A DNA stretch of 64,000 nt from Squalus acanthias (taxonomy: Eukaryota), in NCBI GenBank assembly GCA_030390025.1, contig CM059432.1, forward strand, positions 21,950,001-22,014,000, written 5' to 3'. Below the pieces are notes generated by a model. The model was not told the DNA's origin, made no database searches, and saw only the letters and a list, made by a program, of their open reading frames with translations. Position numbers and translations under genes: made by a program. This document shows positions 49,695 to 62,075 of the stretch, in pieces. Each line of letters starts with the position of its first letter. Position 1 is the first letter of the stretch.

Positions 49695-52600
49695 TTTCAA
49701 TGACATTCAATATAGAAAAGTGTGTGGTGGTGCATTTTGGTAAGAGGAATAAGGAGGCCGCATACTCCTTGGAAAATAAGAGTAGAAGAGCAAAGGGATC
49801 TAGGGGCAAACATACACAGCTCATTAAAAGTAGCAACACAAGTTAAAATATGCAAACAAAGCACTGGGGTTCATTTTTAGAGGAATACAATTGAAAAACA
49901 GGGAAGTTATGTTAAATAAAAACAGAAAATGCTGGAAATCCTCAGCAGGTCAGGCAGCATCTGTGGAGAGAGAAAGAGCGTTAACTTTTTAGGTCGATGA
50001 CCCTTCGTCAGAACTGGAAAAAGTTAGAGATGGAACAGGTTTTAAGCAAGTACAGAGTCAGGGAAAGGGGGAAGGGGAGGAAAGAACAAAAGGGAAGGTC
50101 TGTGATAGGGTGGTCGGCAGGGGTGATTTAATGGCAAAAGGGGAGATAGTGCAAGGCAAAAGGGGGTGGTAATAGGGCAAATCAAGAAACAAAAGATGGG
50201 TCTGGAGGAGGTGTAAATGGGAATAGTATAATCATTACCAACAGCTGCTGTCCAAAAACATGGGGGCAGTGGTTATGATCAGAAATTGTTGAACTCAATG
50301 TTGAGTCCAGAGGCTGTAAAGTGCCTAATCGAAAGATGAGGTGCTGTTTCTCGAGCTTACATTGAGCTTCGTTGGAACAGCATAGGAGGCCGAGGAACGA
50401 CAGGTCAGAGTGGGAGTGGGATGGCGAATTAAAATAACAAGCGACTGGAAGCTCGGGGTCACGCTTGCTGACTGAACGGTGGTGTTCCGCAAAGCGGTCA
50501 CCCAATCTGCATTTGGTCTCCCCAATGTAGAGGCAACCACATCGTGAGCAATGAATACATTATACTAAATTGAAAGAAGTACAAGTAAATCGCTGTTTCA
50601 CCTGGAAGGAGTGTTTCTAGCCCTGGACGTTGGAAAGGGAGGAGATAAAAGGGCAGGTGTTGCATTTCCTGCGCTTGCACGGGAAGGTGCCGTGGGAAGA
50701 GGAGGGCGTGTTGGGGGTGATTGAGGAGTGGACCAGGGTGTCGCAGAGGGAATGATCCCTTCGGAATGCTGAAAGGGGAGGCGAGGGGAAGATGTGTTTG
50801 CTGGTGGCATCCTGCTGTATGTGGCGGAAATGGTGGAGGATGATCCATTGAATGTGGAGGCTGGTGGGGTGGAAGGTGAGGACAAGGGGAACCCTATTTT
50901 GCTTCTGGGAGGGAGGGGAAGGTGTGAAAGTAGAATTGCGGGAAATGGGATGGACAAGGTCGAGGACCCTCTCAAGCACGTTGGAGGGGAATCCTCGGTT
51001 TAGGAAAAAGGAAGACATATCGGAAGCACTGGTATGGAAGGCAGCATCATCAGAACAGATGCGACGGAGACAGAGAAACTGGGAGATTGGAATAGAGTCC
51101 TTACAGGAAGCGGGGTGGGAGGAAGTATAGTCAAGGTAGTTGTGGGAGTCAGTGGGCTTATAGTGGAAATTGGTCGATAGCCATTCCCCAGAAATGGAGA
51201 TAGAGAAGTAGCAGAAGGGAAGGGAAGAGTCGGAGATAGACCATGTGAAGGGGAGGGAAGGGTGGAAATTGGAAGCAAAGTTGATGAAATTTTCTAGTTC
51301 GGGCCGAGAGCAGGTAACGACACCGATACAGTCATTAATGTACTGGAAAAATAAGTGAGTGAGCGGACCTGAGTAGGACTGGAACAAAGAATGCTCCAGA
51401 TATCCCACAAAAAGGCAGGTATAGCTAGGACCCATATGGCTTCCCGTAGGAGTAAGTGAGTGGAGTCAAGGGAGAAGTTGTTCAATGTGAGAACAAGTTC
51501 AGCTAGGCAGAGGAGTGTGGTGGTGGATGGGGACTGGTTGGGCCTCCATTCAAGGAAGAAGCGGAGCGCCCTCAGGCCATCCTGGTGGGGGATGAAGTGT
51601 AGAGGGTTTGGACGTCCATAGTGAAAAGGAGATGGTTGGGGCCAGGAAACTGGAAACTGTTAAAGTGGCGGAGGGCATCAGAAGTCACGGATGTAGGTGG
51701 GAAGAGACAAGGGGTGAAAAAATAGAATTGAGATAGGAAATAATCAGTTTGGTGGGGCAAGAATAGGCTGAAACATTGGGTCTACCAGGGCAGTCCTGTT
51801 TGTGGATCTTGGGAAGGACGTAGAAGCGGGCTGTGCGGGGTTGGGGAACTATGAGATTGGAGGCTGTGGAGGAAAGATCTCCAGAAGAGATGAGGTCAGT
51901 GACAGTCTGGCAAATGATGGCTTGCTGTTCGGTGGTGGGGTCATGATCTAGAGCAAGGTAGGAGGAGGTGTCAGAGAGTTGGCGTTCAACCTCTGCATGG
52001 CAGAGGTAGGTTCGCCAAACAACAACAGCGCCACCCTAGTAAGCATGTCTTATGACAATGTTAGGCTTGGACCTGAGAGAACGGAGTGCTGTAAGTTCAG
52101 AGGGAGGTAAGTTAGAGTGAGTGAGTGGAGTAGAAAAATTGAGACAGCCGATGTCACGGTGTCAGTTCCCAATGAAACGACCTAGAGAGGATAAGAGGCA
52201 ATGTTAAACTTGTATAGAATCTTGGTTAGTTTACACTTAGAGTATTGTATACAGTCTAGTCTCCATATTACAAAAAGGATATAGAGACACTGGAAAGATT
52301 TACAAGGATAAAAGATTAACAAGGATAATATCAGAACTGAGAGGTTATAACTATCAGAAAAGACTAAATAGGCTGGTGCTCTTTTCTCTAGAAAAGAGAA
52401 GGCTGAGGGGTGACCTGATAGAGGTCTTTCAAATTATGAATTAGTTTGATAGGGTAGATGTAGGGAAGATTTTACCACTTGTGGGGGAGACCAAAACTAG
52501 GGGTCATAAATATAAGATAGTCACTAATAAATCCAATAAAAAATTCAGGAGAAACTTCTTTACTCGGAGTGTGGTTCAAATGTGGAACTTGCTACCACAA

Positions 52601-52795
52601 AGAGTAGTTGAAGCGAATAGCATAGGTGCATTTAAAGGGAAGCTAGATAAGTACATGAGGGAGAAAGGAATAGATGGATATGCAGATAGGTTAGATGAAG
52701 TAGCTTGGGAGGAGGCTCGTGTGGAGCATAAACACCGGCATAGACCAATTGGGCCGAATGGCCTGTTTCTGTGCTGGAAATTCTATGTAATACAA
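49695..52795 (+). mobile_element. CR1 3' part interrupted by a Penelope element
   Basis: CR1 sequence at 49695-49916 resumes at 52201 and ends with ttctatgtaa. Confidence 0.85.
49917..52200 (-). mobile_element. Penelope-like retroelement (RT and GIY-YIG endonuclease), 5'-truncated
   Basis: TMDVQTLYT, MGPSYTCLFVG, YINDCIG, HYKPTDSHNYL, LRRICS and LYIGETK.RLGDRFAEH motifs. The TSD ATGTTAAA is at 49909-49916 and 52201-52208. Confidence 0.93.
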
Positions 52796-52798
52796 GTG

Positions 52799-53071
52799 TT
52801 TGGAATTGGAATGCTGGTGTTTGGAATTGGCACACTGGCATTTGGAATTGGAACACTGACATTTGGAATTGGAACACTGGCATTTGGAATTGGAACACTG
52901 GCATTTGGAATTGGAACACTGACATTTGGAATTGGAACACTGGCATTTGGAATTGGAACACTGGCATTTGGAATTGGAACACTGGCATTTGGAATTGGAA
53001 CACTGGCATTTGGAATTGGAACACTGGCATTTGGAATTGGAACACTGGCATTTGGAATTGGAACACTGGCA
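52799..53071 (+). repeat. 21-bp minisatellite (TTTGGAATTGGAACACTGGCA) x13
   Basis: Direct count of units. About 3 more degenerate units lie at 49630-49692. Confidence 0.97.
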
Positions 53072-55629
53072 TTCAAAATGAACCAAAGCAAAGTGGAGAG
53101 AAAAGTAATAAAAAGTTGAGTTAGTGGCAATTTAGGAGTTGAAAGGATCCAGCTGGAAAGGGAGAATGCAAGTGATTTGACTGAAGAAATGATAACATAG
53201 ACAAGAATAAACCTAATGGAAGATTAAGTAAGATAAATAATAGTCAAAAACAGTAAAGGCATTGTAAAAAAAAAACCCACATATATCGAAGATTAAAAGG
53301 AAAAGGAAGAACTCTAAATCACTGGAAAAAGAGGATTCCAGATAATTGAATAATTTGGCAAATGTGATTGTCACTGTGACCTGTTAGTTACTATATGGAG
53401 TAAATATTAGTATTCGTGCTGGAGGTAATTCAGCAATTCATACTATGTTTAAACATTACTATGAATATTTTGTACTGGCGTAAAGACTCACATGCAATGT
53501 TAGTAATATTCAGTTATAACTCTTCAGTTAAAATTATCTAATTTGTTAGGCGGCAGGCGTGTGCGCAGCTGGTTGGGGTCACGTTGCGTGTTTTTCACTT
53601 TTTAACCCAACCCCCCCTCTATTCCCACCCATCATTGGGGGATTGGGGGGGGGGGGGGCGGTTCGGGGGCGTTAACATCGAGGCCTTGATGTTTCAATCA
53701 CTCCTCCAGGTAATGTCTTCAGAAGTGATCTTATCAAACAATTGTTTAACTGACAGTGTGAAACGTTTTTTAGCATCCCTGTCAAGTAATGATTACAGCG
53801 GAGAAACCTTCCAGGAGGATGTGATGGAGCGGTGCTTGACTTGGCCCAGAAGATAGTGGGGTTCAAGGATGCCATTGACAACCATGAACCAGGTCCCTGT
53901 ACACCCAACTGAGCACTTCAGCTCTAATTAAAGGTCTTTCAATGGATTCCCATTCTTGAAAGGCTCATGACATTAACTCAGTGAACCTATAAAACAAGGG
54001 GAAATAAATAAATACAACTTCAGCTCATTATTTTCATTCTATTGAATACAAATAGATTGTTAAAGTTTATTTTGGTTTACAACCCTCTATTTAAATTATC
54101 GGCTTTTTGCTCTTTCTCTGGACTATCTGCTGTATCAATTACCTTGTAACTGTGTCTTCATCAAGGATTCACTGTGGAATTAACTTTGCAGTTATTTTAA
54201 TTTAAGTTGAAATAGACCTTGTTTGATTTATCGATTTGGAGCAATATCTCAGCCATCAAGGTTGCAATGGAATTCTAATTGTTTGTGATGAGTTTGAACA
54301 AAAAAAAAGCACCAGCTACACCGTGAAAATTCAGCAGGAACAACTGTGAGCCTAAAGTGAGGAGGGTGGAGGAAAGGAGATCCTCAGAATCAGATTTAAA
54401 ACCCAAAAGCACCAGATTACACTAGCTTGCTCATGCTGTATGGGGTAGATTTCCTCCGTTCACTGTTCTTAACAACATTTGTAAAGGTGTTCTTTATGCT
54501 CATGTTCGTGATTTTTCTACAAACACAGCAAAGGGGAGACATGGCACAGCTCTTTAAATTAACCAACAATAGAGATAGATGTGAAGCAAGAAAGTTATGT
54601 CATTTGAATGGTGAGCATAGGACTAAATGATACAATTACAAAATTCACAAGCTCCAAGCAAGTTGAGACATTATTAAAAAAAACTAATTTTCCACAGGTT
54701 AATGGACATGTGGAATAGAGTCCCAGTGAAAGCACTTGACACCTTGCAAGAGAGATTGATATCTGGTGAGGAGTAGTATTGAGGGTTACAGAGATATTAA
54801 CAGCACTATTAGATTCTATTTTCAGAAGAACTTTAATTTTGTCAGTTACTTTAAAAAGAGACCAACGGTTTTTCCAATTGAAAAGAAGAGATAACCAGAT
54901 CAGCCACTCCTCAATGTCCCCAAATTAGACTTGTTTCTACTAACCTGCTCGACAGATATTCCGAACAGTCCCCGAGTGAAGAAGTTCTTCTGAATATATA
55001 CTAAAAATTTACTTTTCACTGATTTAAATAAACATCCTCTGGTTCCACTGTTTTGGCTTCCTTCTTTGCAGCACACTGGTTTACCCTGCTCCGTGAGATT
55101 GAAAAAATCATCAACAACATCGACCTTCCCATTCACGAAAACTGGAAAAACCCACCACGAAAGCGTTTACAACCGTGCCGGCCATTCTGGGAAACAGCAG
55201 CCAATATTCATGCAGCTGGTATCAACCCACTATCCAGATGGACAGAGTCATGGGACGCATGAAACATAAAGGGCTAGAAATTCGTTATAGCCTAGAAATG
55301 GGTAGTGTCAGTAGAAAAGTTGGAGAATTAGCTGCCAGGCGCAAATGCTTTAGACTGCACGCAAAATTCGTGCTCACTGCTCAATAAAATGATTGGAGTC
55401 CTAAATCAAGTCTTAAAACCCAAGCTCATTGGCATTACACTCAAAGGGTGGATCAATATTTGGTGCAGTCTAACCGCAACTCATCATTGCCACAGGCTTT
55501 TTTCACTTCTTAAAGGGGAAGCTCATTGATGCTGGAGCACCTCATTCTCAGCATTGCTGGCTGTGCAGCTGCCTCAGCAAGCAGAAACAGAACAAGGAGA
55601 AGGAGCTGGAGGACTGAACCAGGTGTGCT

Positions 55630-57526
55630 CATGGCAGATCCACACCCTAGGGAGAGAGTCCGCAGATTCACCAATGAAACATTGGAGGCATTGGTTTTTG
55701 CTGTGGAGAGACGGAGGGCGGTGCTCTACCCGGCAAGTGGCAGGAGGCCCTCGCCACAAGTCTTCCGCACCATATGGAGGGAGGTAGTGCAGCACATTTC
55801 GGGCAGCACTGTGGTCCCAGGACCCACACACAGTGCAGGAAGAAAGTTAATGACCTCACTCGGGTGGTCAGGGTGAGTGAGTGCTTCAACAAATGCTACA
55901 TACCACCATCTGAACCACAATTTTCACACACTGCCCAAAGCACCACACCCCCAGCACTCACCCAACAACAATCACTACCTACCAACACTCACACCCACAT
56001 CTCACACCTTGCACACAATGACAGCTATTCAACTATGGCAGGCATATCATCCGAACACATTGCTCCCACACTCACTCACACACTTTCCTTTCTCTTGCAG
56101 GCCAAGGTGGCTCACAACATGAGGGAGCAGGAGTGCACATGCGGGGGACAAGCCGACACCCAACCACTGTCTGCGCTGGAGAAAAGAGTGCTGCAGATTA
56201 TTGGGCACCAGGTGGTGGGCGCCATGACCACCAGCGACGTTGACCCTCTTGGGGACAACAACGGTATGTTCATCCCTACTCCTTCTTCTCACATCCCACT
56301 TCCCCCTCACCCCACAAGCGTTCCAGCTAATCATGCTGTATGAATGCATTTCTCCCTTCCTGCCCCCCTCCCCTCACCTTTACCCAACTCGTGTGCCTTT
56401 ATATTTTCAGATAATCAGCAAGCACCTGAGCAGCCTGTCCCTGAGGGCACCGTTGAGAGAGAGGTGGGAGAAGAGGAGGAGGAAGAACACACCACGTCAC
56501 TGCATCTCTCACCCGCAGACACCAGCTCAGATACTGGCACTATGCATTCTTTAGAGGCTAGTATAGTAGCGGGATCTGCACAGGGTGAGGCACTGGGGAC
56601 AAGTGGGCTGCAGCAAGTCCAGGGGGAAAGGGTAGCTCGGGGCCAGCTCCCCGGAGGGCGAGTTCGCGCGCGAGTTCTGCTGCACAGACTCAGATGAGGA
56701 CCTCGATGGGGAGGCCTTTAGAAGAAGGGTGATGGGCATGCACACTGAGATGATAGGTGCAATGGCAAGGCTGCCCGAGAGCCTCTCGGCAATGGTAATG
56801 AGCGTGGAGGAGTCCGCCTCCAACATTGCACAAGGTTCTTAGCACGTCATGGAGCCCATCATTTCCAGCCTGCAAAGGATGGCAGACTCCCAGAGAGACT
56901 GTGGCAACCCAGACCTGATGCCGTGTGTGATGGGTGATCTGGCAGCTTCCATTGCAGCACAGGCGGAAGCGACGCAATGCCTTAGTGCTGTAATGCAGTC
57001 TATGCTTGGTGGCATCCAATCTCAAACTGCTCTCAAGCAGCCTCAGCTTGATGCCACGCAAGCTCTGACTGCAACCATCATGGCTGGGTCGACCACTGTC
57101 GACTGGGGCTTTCACGGTGTCGCAACAGGCCAGCAATCTGTACTCCAACAGATTGCTAGGGATGCTGAGGTGCTGGCCTGGGGGAGTGGCAGTGGGTCAG
57201 CGGAGCAGGAAGCTGCTGTCCTCTCTCAGGATGACAGTATTCCTGCTCCCACCACTGCCACTCCGCCATTGCTCTTGTCGCTGCCTGTTATCCAGCCAGC
57301 CCAGACTGCTGCCGCCCATGCTGAGGTGGTGCAGTCTACAGCCGGGCCTTCCAGGCCCAGAGCTGATCGAGGGCATCCTGCAAGGCCATCTGAAGTCTCC
57401 CGCACAGACACTCAGCAGCCTTCCACCAGCCGTGCTGCAGCCACTGGGCCAACACTTCAGAGGAGCACCAGCATAGGCAAAGGCACAGTAACGAAAGGCA
57501 CTAAGGGATTGCACAAGGGTGAATAG
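55630..57526 (+). pseudogene. Harbinger Myb/SANT-like DNA-binding protein gene, 3 exons (55630-55872, 56101-56263, 56411-57526), disrupted
   Basis: MADPHPRERVRRFTNETLEALVFAV...IWREV...RTHTQCRKKVNDL. GT-AG introns have gtgagt/gtatgt donors and pyrimidine tracts. Frameshifts and a stop are present. Confidence 0.85.
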
Positions 57527-57689
57527 TTAATATTTTTGTTGTAAATATGTGTTCACTGATTTTTGATAAATTTATTAATTCAGTTTGGATTCTTTTGTGG
57601 TGTGTCTCATTTCAGCTTTGCGCTGTGATATGGCCTGCAACAGGGATGGAATGATGGGGATATGGTGAGCAATGAGGATCTGGGGTTTA

Positions 57690-58893
57690 ATTCATTCGAA
57701 CCGCAGTCTGATGAGGCAGTCATGGACCGCACTTCGGAGGGCCGATTGAGTGGATGCCTCCTCCCTCGCTCCTCTTCCTCCTCCTCCTCCTCGTCCTCCT
57801 CATCATCCTCCTCATCTTCCTCTTCCTCCTCATCCTCCTCCTCTCCCTATTCCTCCTCCTGAGGTGGCCCCGCAATCCCTGGTGTCAAGAGCTGGGCCCT
57901 CATGATGGCCAAGTTGTGGAGCATGCAGCAGACCACCACGAAATGGGACACCCGCTCCGGCAAGTACTGGAGGGCTCCTCCCGAGCGTTCAAGGCAGCGG
58001 AACCGTTGCTTCAGCAGGCCGATGGTCTGCTCGATGATGGTCCTGGTGGCAGCATGGCTCTCATTATATGAGTGCTGGGCAGGAGTGTTGGGGTTGCGGA
58101 GGGGAGTCATGAGCCAGGTGGAGAGTGGATAGCCCTTGTCTCTGAGCCACCAGCCGCGAGCTTGATGTGGTGGCTGGAAGAGTGCTGGCACACCGGTCTG
58201 GCGCAGGATGAAGGCATTGTGGCTGCTGCCAGGATAGCAGGCATTGACGGTGAGGACTCGCTGTGTGTGGTCGCACACCAACTGCACATTAATTGAGTGG
58301 TAGCCTTTGCGGTTACAGAAGATCTTAGGATTGTTATGCGGTGCCCGCAAAGCCACATGGGTGCAGTCAATGGCACCCTGCACTATGGGGAATCCCGCTA
58401 TCCTGGAAAAGCCACATGCATGCTCGTCCTGCTTCTCTCTGGTCATGGGGAAGGAAATGTAGTCCCTTCTCCTGCTGTAGAGAGCCTCTGTGACCTCCGG
58501 GATGCAGTGATCGATGGCGAACTGCAAGATGTTAGCTATGTTTCCTGTTGCAGACTGGAAGGTCCGCTGGCGAAGAAATTTAGGATGACAGTGACCTTGA
58601 CTGCCACTGTGAGAGCCGTGGTCACCCTGATCTGAGGCTGGAGGTCTGGCTGCAGGAGGTGGCAGAGTTCTATGACCCCCTCCTTGGTGAAGCAGAGCCT
58701 TCTAATACACTGCTCCTTGCTTAATTGGACGTAGGAGAAATGCTCTTGGAATACCCTTGGAGGATAAGGCCTCCTGTTGAGAGGCCTGATGGCCCTCCTC
58801 CTCCCTCTAGGCACATGTTCCAGTCTTTCTCGCTGCCTCTGCTCCCTCCGCCGCTGATACTGGAGGGCGAGGTCGACTGCCAGTACAGCCCTA
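57690..58893 (-). pseudogene. Harbinger DDE transposase (HARBI1-family), frameshifted
   Basis: ORFs 58814-58536 and 58527-57847 carry GAIDCTH, NRKGYHSINVQ, YPGSSH, DKGY, IIEQTIGLLKQRFRCL and MLHN, with an acidic (GAG/GAT)n tail. Confidence 0.92.
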
Positions 58894-61696
58894 TTAATGT
58901 TACCAAGTGTAGCAGCTTGAATCTTTGAACACTAAATGTAGCCTGAAGACTCCTGATACAAAAGAACCTTGAAATAACTGAATGAAGCTGTTGCAGTGGG
59001 TGATACTAAGAAAATACCACTGAAACTGCACTAACCTGACAGCTGCGAGTGATTACTGATGATCCCTTTAAATAACGCCAGCTGCACGCCAGCTCTCCCT
59101 GTTGGTGTTTACTCCTGGCGATGAGGTAAGTGGTGAGAATCAATTTTGCAAATTGGGTGGTCAGCGAGCGCTGCACGCTCACTGACGTCACAATCTCCTT
59201 GGCGTTGATGTTCCCTGCGATACCTCTTAATGGCGGCGCCACGGGGAGGGGGGGCAGATTTGGCGTGCGGCGCTTGATTCGCCTCGCCACAGCGATACTG
59301 GTCTAGTGCCCCATTAGCGCCATCTACTGGCGTTAACGGAAGGTGCTCAGGGGACGAATTTTTCCCCCAAAGAACCAACACCTCATCACTGACCCAGCAG
59401 CAGAGGTCCCTGGCTTCGACCTCCCTCACACAGTGGACAGCATTCAACCCAATCCGCACAGGGCGTGGACGATGCGGCCACCTACTTAACAAGTGGAAGA
59501 TGAGGGACGACCCGAAGTGCGACTGTGGCCATGGGTGCCAGACCACGGAACACATCACATCAACCTGCCCACTAAGATCTGTTCCAGGAGGCACCTCATT
59601 TCTCCATTCGGCATCTCAGGGAGCCAAACCAGACATCCCATTATAAGCTTTTTGCGTCATATGAAAGTAGGAGTGCTGCTTTACTGTATCTGTGTATCAT
59701 TTGTCACGGTTACTCTACAATCTAAAGATGACAGTCATTCACCCATCATTGTAAAACAGCAATTTTTCTGAAGCACTATATCACTTGAACGATTTTAAGT
59801 AGAAATATCACATCCCTCACTGATACTGAAAGGTACTGCTATTTACCTACCACTTTACAAAGCCTGCTTAAAATGCAAGTTAACCTTGTTTATTCTTACC
59901 TCCCAAAATCACTTATTCTCCCTAATGTATAAAGTATATCCTATCTCCCACAGTAGATCTTTGCAGTATTTGCTTAAGATGCAAGTATGTTTAATTCATT
60001 TGTTTAACTTTCCCTCCTCCCTCTCTGAAACCTCTCTTCTTTTCTTCAATTGGTAAATAAGCAAATAATAAAACTCGCATTAAGAATCGGACATTCAGTC
60101 GATGAATCCCACTCTGAATTTACACTGCCGAATCCACTATTATTCCCAGGTCCTCCTCTAAATCATCCTGTGCTCATCCCATACATTGCATTGTGATTAT
60201 GCACATTTTTTTGACTAATGTACATTATTTACATTTATCAGTATAAAATGTCATTTGCCACTTACTTTACCAATCTAAATCCTTAAAAAAAAATTCAAGC
60301 CACCCTCTGTGCCTATCACACTGGCTGCTTTAGAGTTGTCAACAAATTTGTCAAGCCTACTATTTCTTTTGGTATCCAGGTTCAAGCATTGGCTCCTGCA
60401 GAATTCCACTCAAAACATTCTTCCCTGCCCTTCCCCCAATCTGTCATCTGTGTCCTTTGTTCCAACCACCTCTGGTTTCCCCTCTTCAAATTGTTCCCCC
60501 CACCTTCAGATTCCCTTCTTCCCCACCCTTGGTTTTCCTACCTTGTCTGTTCATGGGTATTTCTCAGGACTTCTCGTACAATAGCTGCTGCTGTGAAACC
60601 ATGAGCCAAGATACTCAACTGCAGGGGACCCAACCGTTAGAAGGTAAATGCAATAACATTTACAGACGTCCTGTGATCAGGCGCCACATGGTCAGAATGT
60701 CACGTGATCAAACCTCCAGGAGTGCCTCCAACCAGAGTCTGCAACCCTAGAAGAGATGGAATCGTGAGGTGAGACAGTGTCAATGGGCGTGGTGCAGTTG
60801 CTTTTTCTTTCTTTGCAGCCTTTCTTTGTAGGGCCACTCTCTGCCTTTCCACCTCTCATTAATGTTCTTCGCACGGTAATCTTGATATGAAAATATGGTT
60901 TCATTTTTGGGCAATTCTTGCTCAGTCACAATTAATGTTCACCTGATTAAAGACAGGTTTTTAATCTAAGATCAATTCTTCCATTTTGCTGAACCAAAAT
61001 ATGAAATGCATGGACGCTAAAATATGCCACTTTACTTTGTTATCGTCAGAGAAAGTAAAGAGCGACTCTTTACCAATGTCTATAATCAAAGGAAATCCTG
61101 CAATTGCTGGACATCTGAAATAAAAACTGAAAATGCTGGACGTACACAGACAGCATCGGAGTTTGAAGAATCACTTGAAATGTCATGACCTGTCTTTTCT
61201 CTTTACAGATGTTGACAGACATACTGTTTATTTCCGGCACCAATGAGTTTTCTTGTTATGTAGTTTTACATACATCCTTATCATTTTCTTTTTGAATGTC
61301 CCGAATTATGCGGAGAACTGCTCCGCAGGTGTTGACAGACCTCGTAGGTGGTCTGTGTTGAAAATGTTGAAAAGGATTCCATAGGGTAAATACAGGGAAA
61401 CTATTTTGTCAGCTGGAGGAATCAAAAATGAGGGAACATAATCTTAAAAGTAGAGCCAGGTCATTTAGGAGGGAAATCAGGAAGCACTCTTTCCACACAA
61501 AGGTTAGTAGAAATCTGGAATTCTCTGCCCCAAAAGGCTGTGGATGCCGGGGGACAATTAGAACTTTCATGACTGACTTATGGACTATAGACTAAGCATG
61601 TAATCTAGAGGAGCACTACAGTGCAGGACTGAAGGAGTGTCAGAGGAGCCGTCTTTCAGATGAGACACAAAAGTGTGGCCCTGTCTGCTTACTGAA

Positions 61697-62075
61697 GTCA
61701 TAGAATCATAGAAGCATAGAATGGTTACAGCACAGAAGGAGGCCATTCGGCCCGTCGAGCCCGTTCCGGCTCTTTGCAAGAGCACTTAAACTAGTCCCAC
61801 TCCCCCACCCTTTCCCCATAGCCCTGCAATTTTTTTTCCTTTAGGTACTTATCCAACTCCCTTTTGAAAGCTGTGATTGAGTCTGCCTCCACAACCCTTT
61901 CAGGCAGTGCATTCCAGATCCTAACCACTCGCTGAGTAAAAAAGTTTTTCCTCATGTCGCCTTTGGTTCTTCTGCCAATCACCTTAAATCTGTGTCCTCT
62001 GGTTCTCAACCCTTCCGCCAATGGGAACAGTTTCTCTCTATCTACTCTGGCTAGACCCCTCATGATTTTGAACAC
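61697..62075 (-). mobile_element. CR1 3' fragment inserted in a degenerate Deu SINE (61590-62320)
   Basis: ORF 62075-61791, with the SINE core on both sides. Confidence 0.85.

Larger units (their letters stand above)
55271..59368. mobile_element. Structurally complete PIF/Harbinger transposon (4098 bp, family A)
   Basis: TIRs gggctagaaattcg / cgaatttttccccc (11/14 match), TSD AAA on both sides, and convergent Myb (+) and transposase (-) genes. Confidence 0.93.
55050..59600 (+). mobile_element. RTEX-like non-LTR element 3' remnant split by the Harbinger
   Basis: The left piece reads DLPIHENWKNPPRKRL...PFW. The right piece reads NQHLITDP..VPGFDLP...IRTG.GRCGHLLNKW...KCDCGHGCQTTEHITSTCP (C-terminal Cys/His motif). 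Confidence 0.6.

Noticed and set aside
52799..53071. CRISPR array or repeat-protein gene
   Set aside because: The units are contiguous with no unique spacers, there are no cas genes, and the context is eukaryotic. The ORFs arise because the 21-mer has no stop codons.
57769..57860. Poly-Ser or poly-Leu ORFs
   Set aside because: These are antisense readings of the transposase's acidic (GAG/GAT)n tail.
57690..58893. Domesticated host genes HARBI1/NAIF1
   Set aside because: The ORFs are frameshifted, multi-copy in the window, and bounded by TIRs and a TSD, so they are transposon copies.
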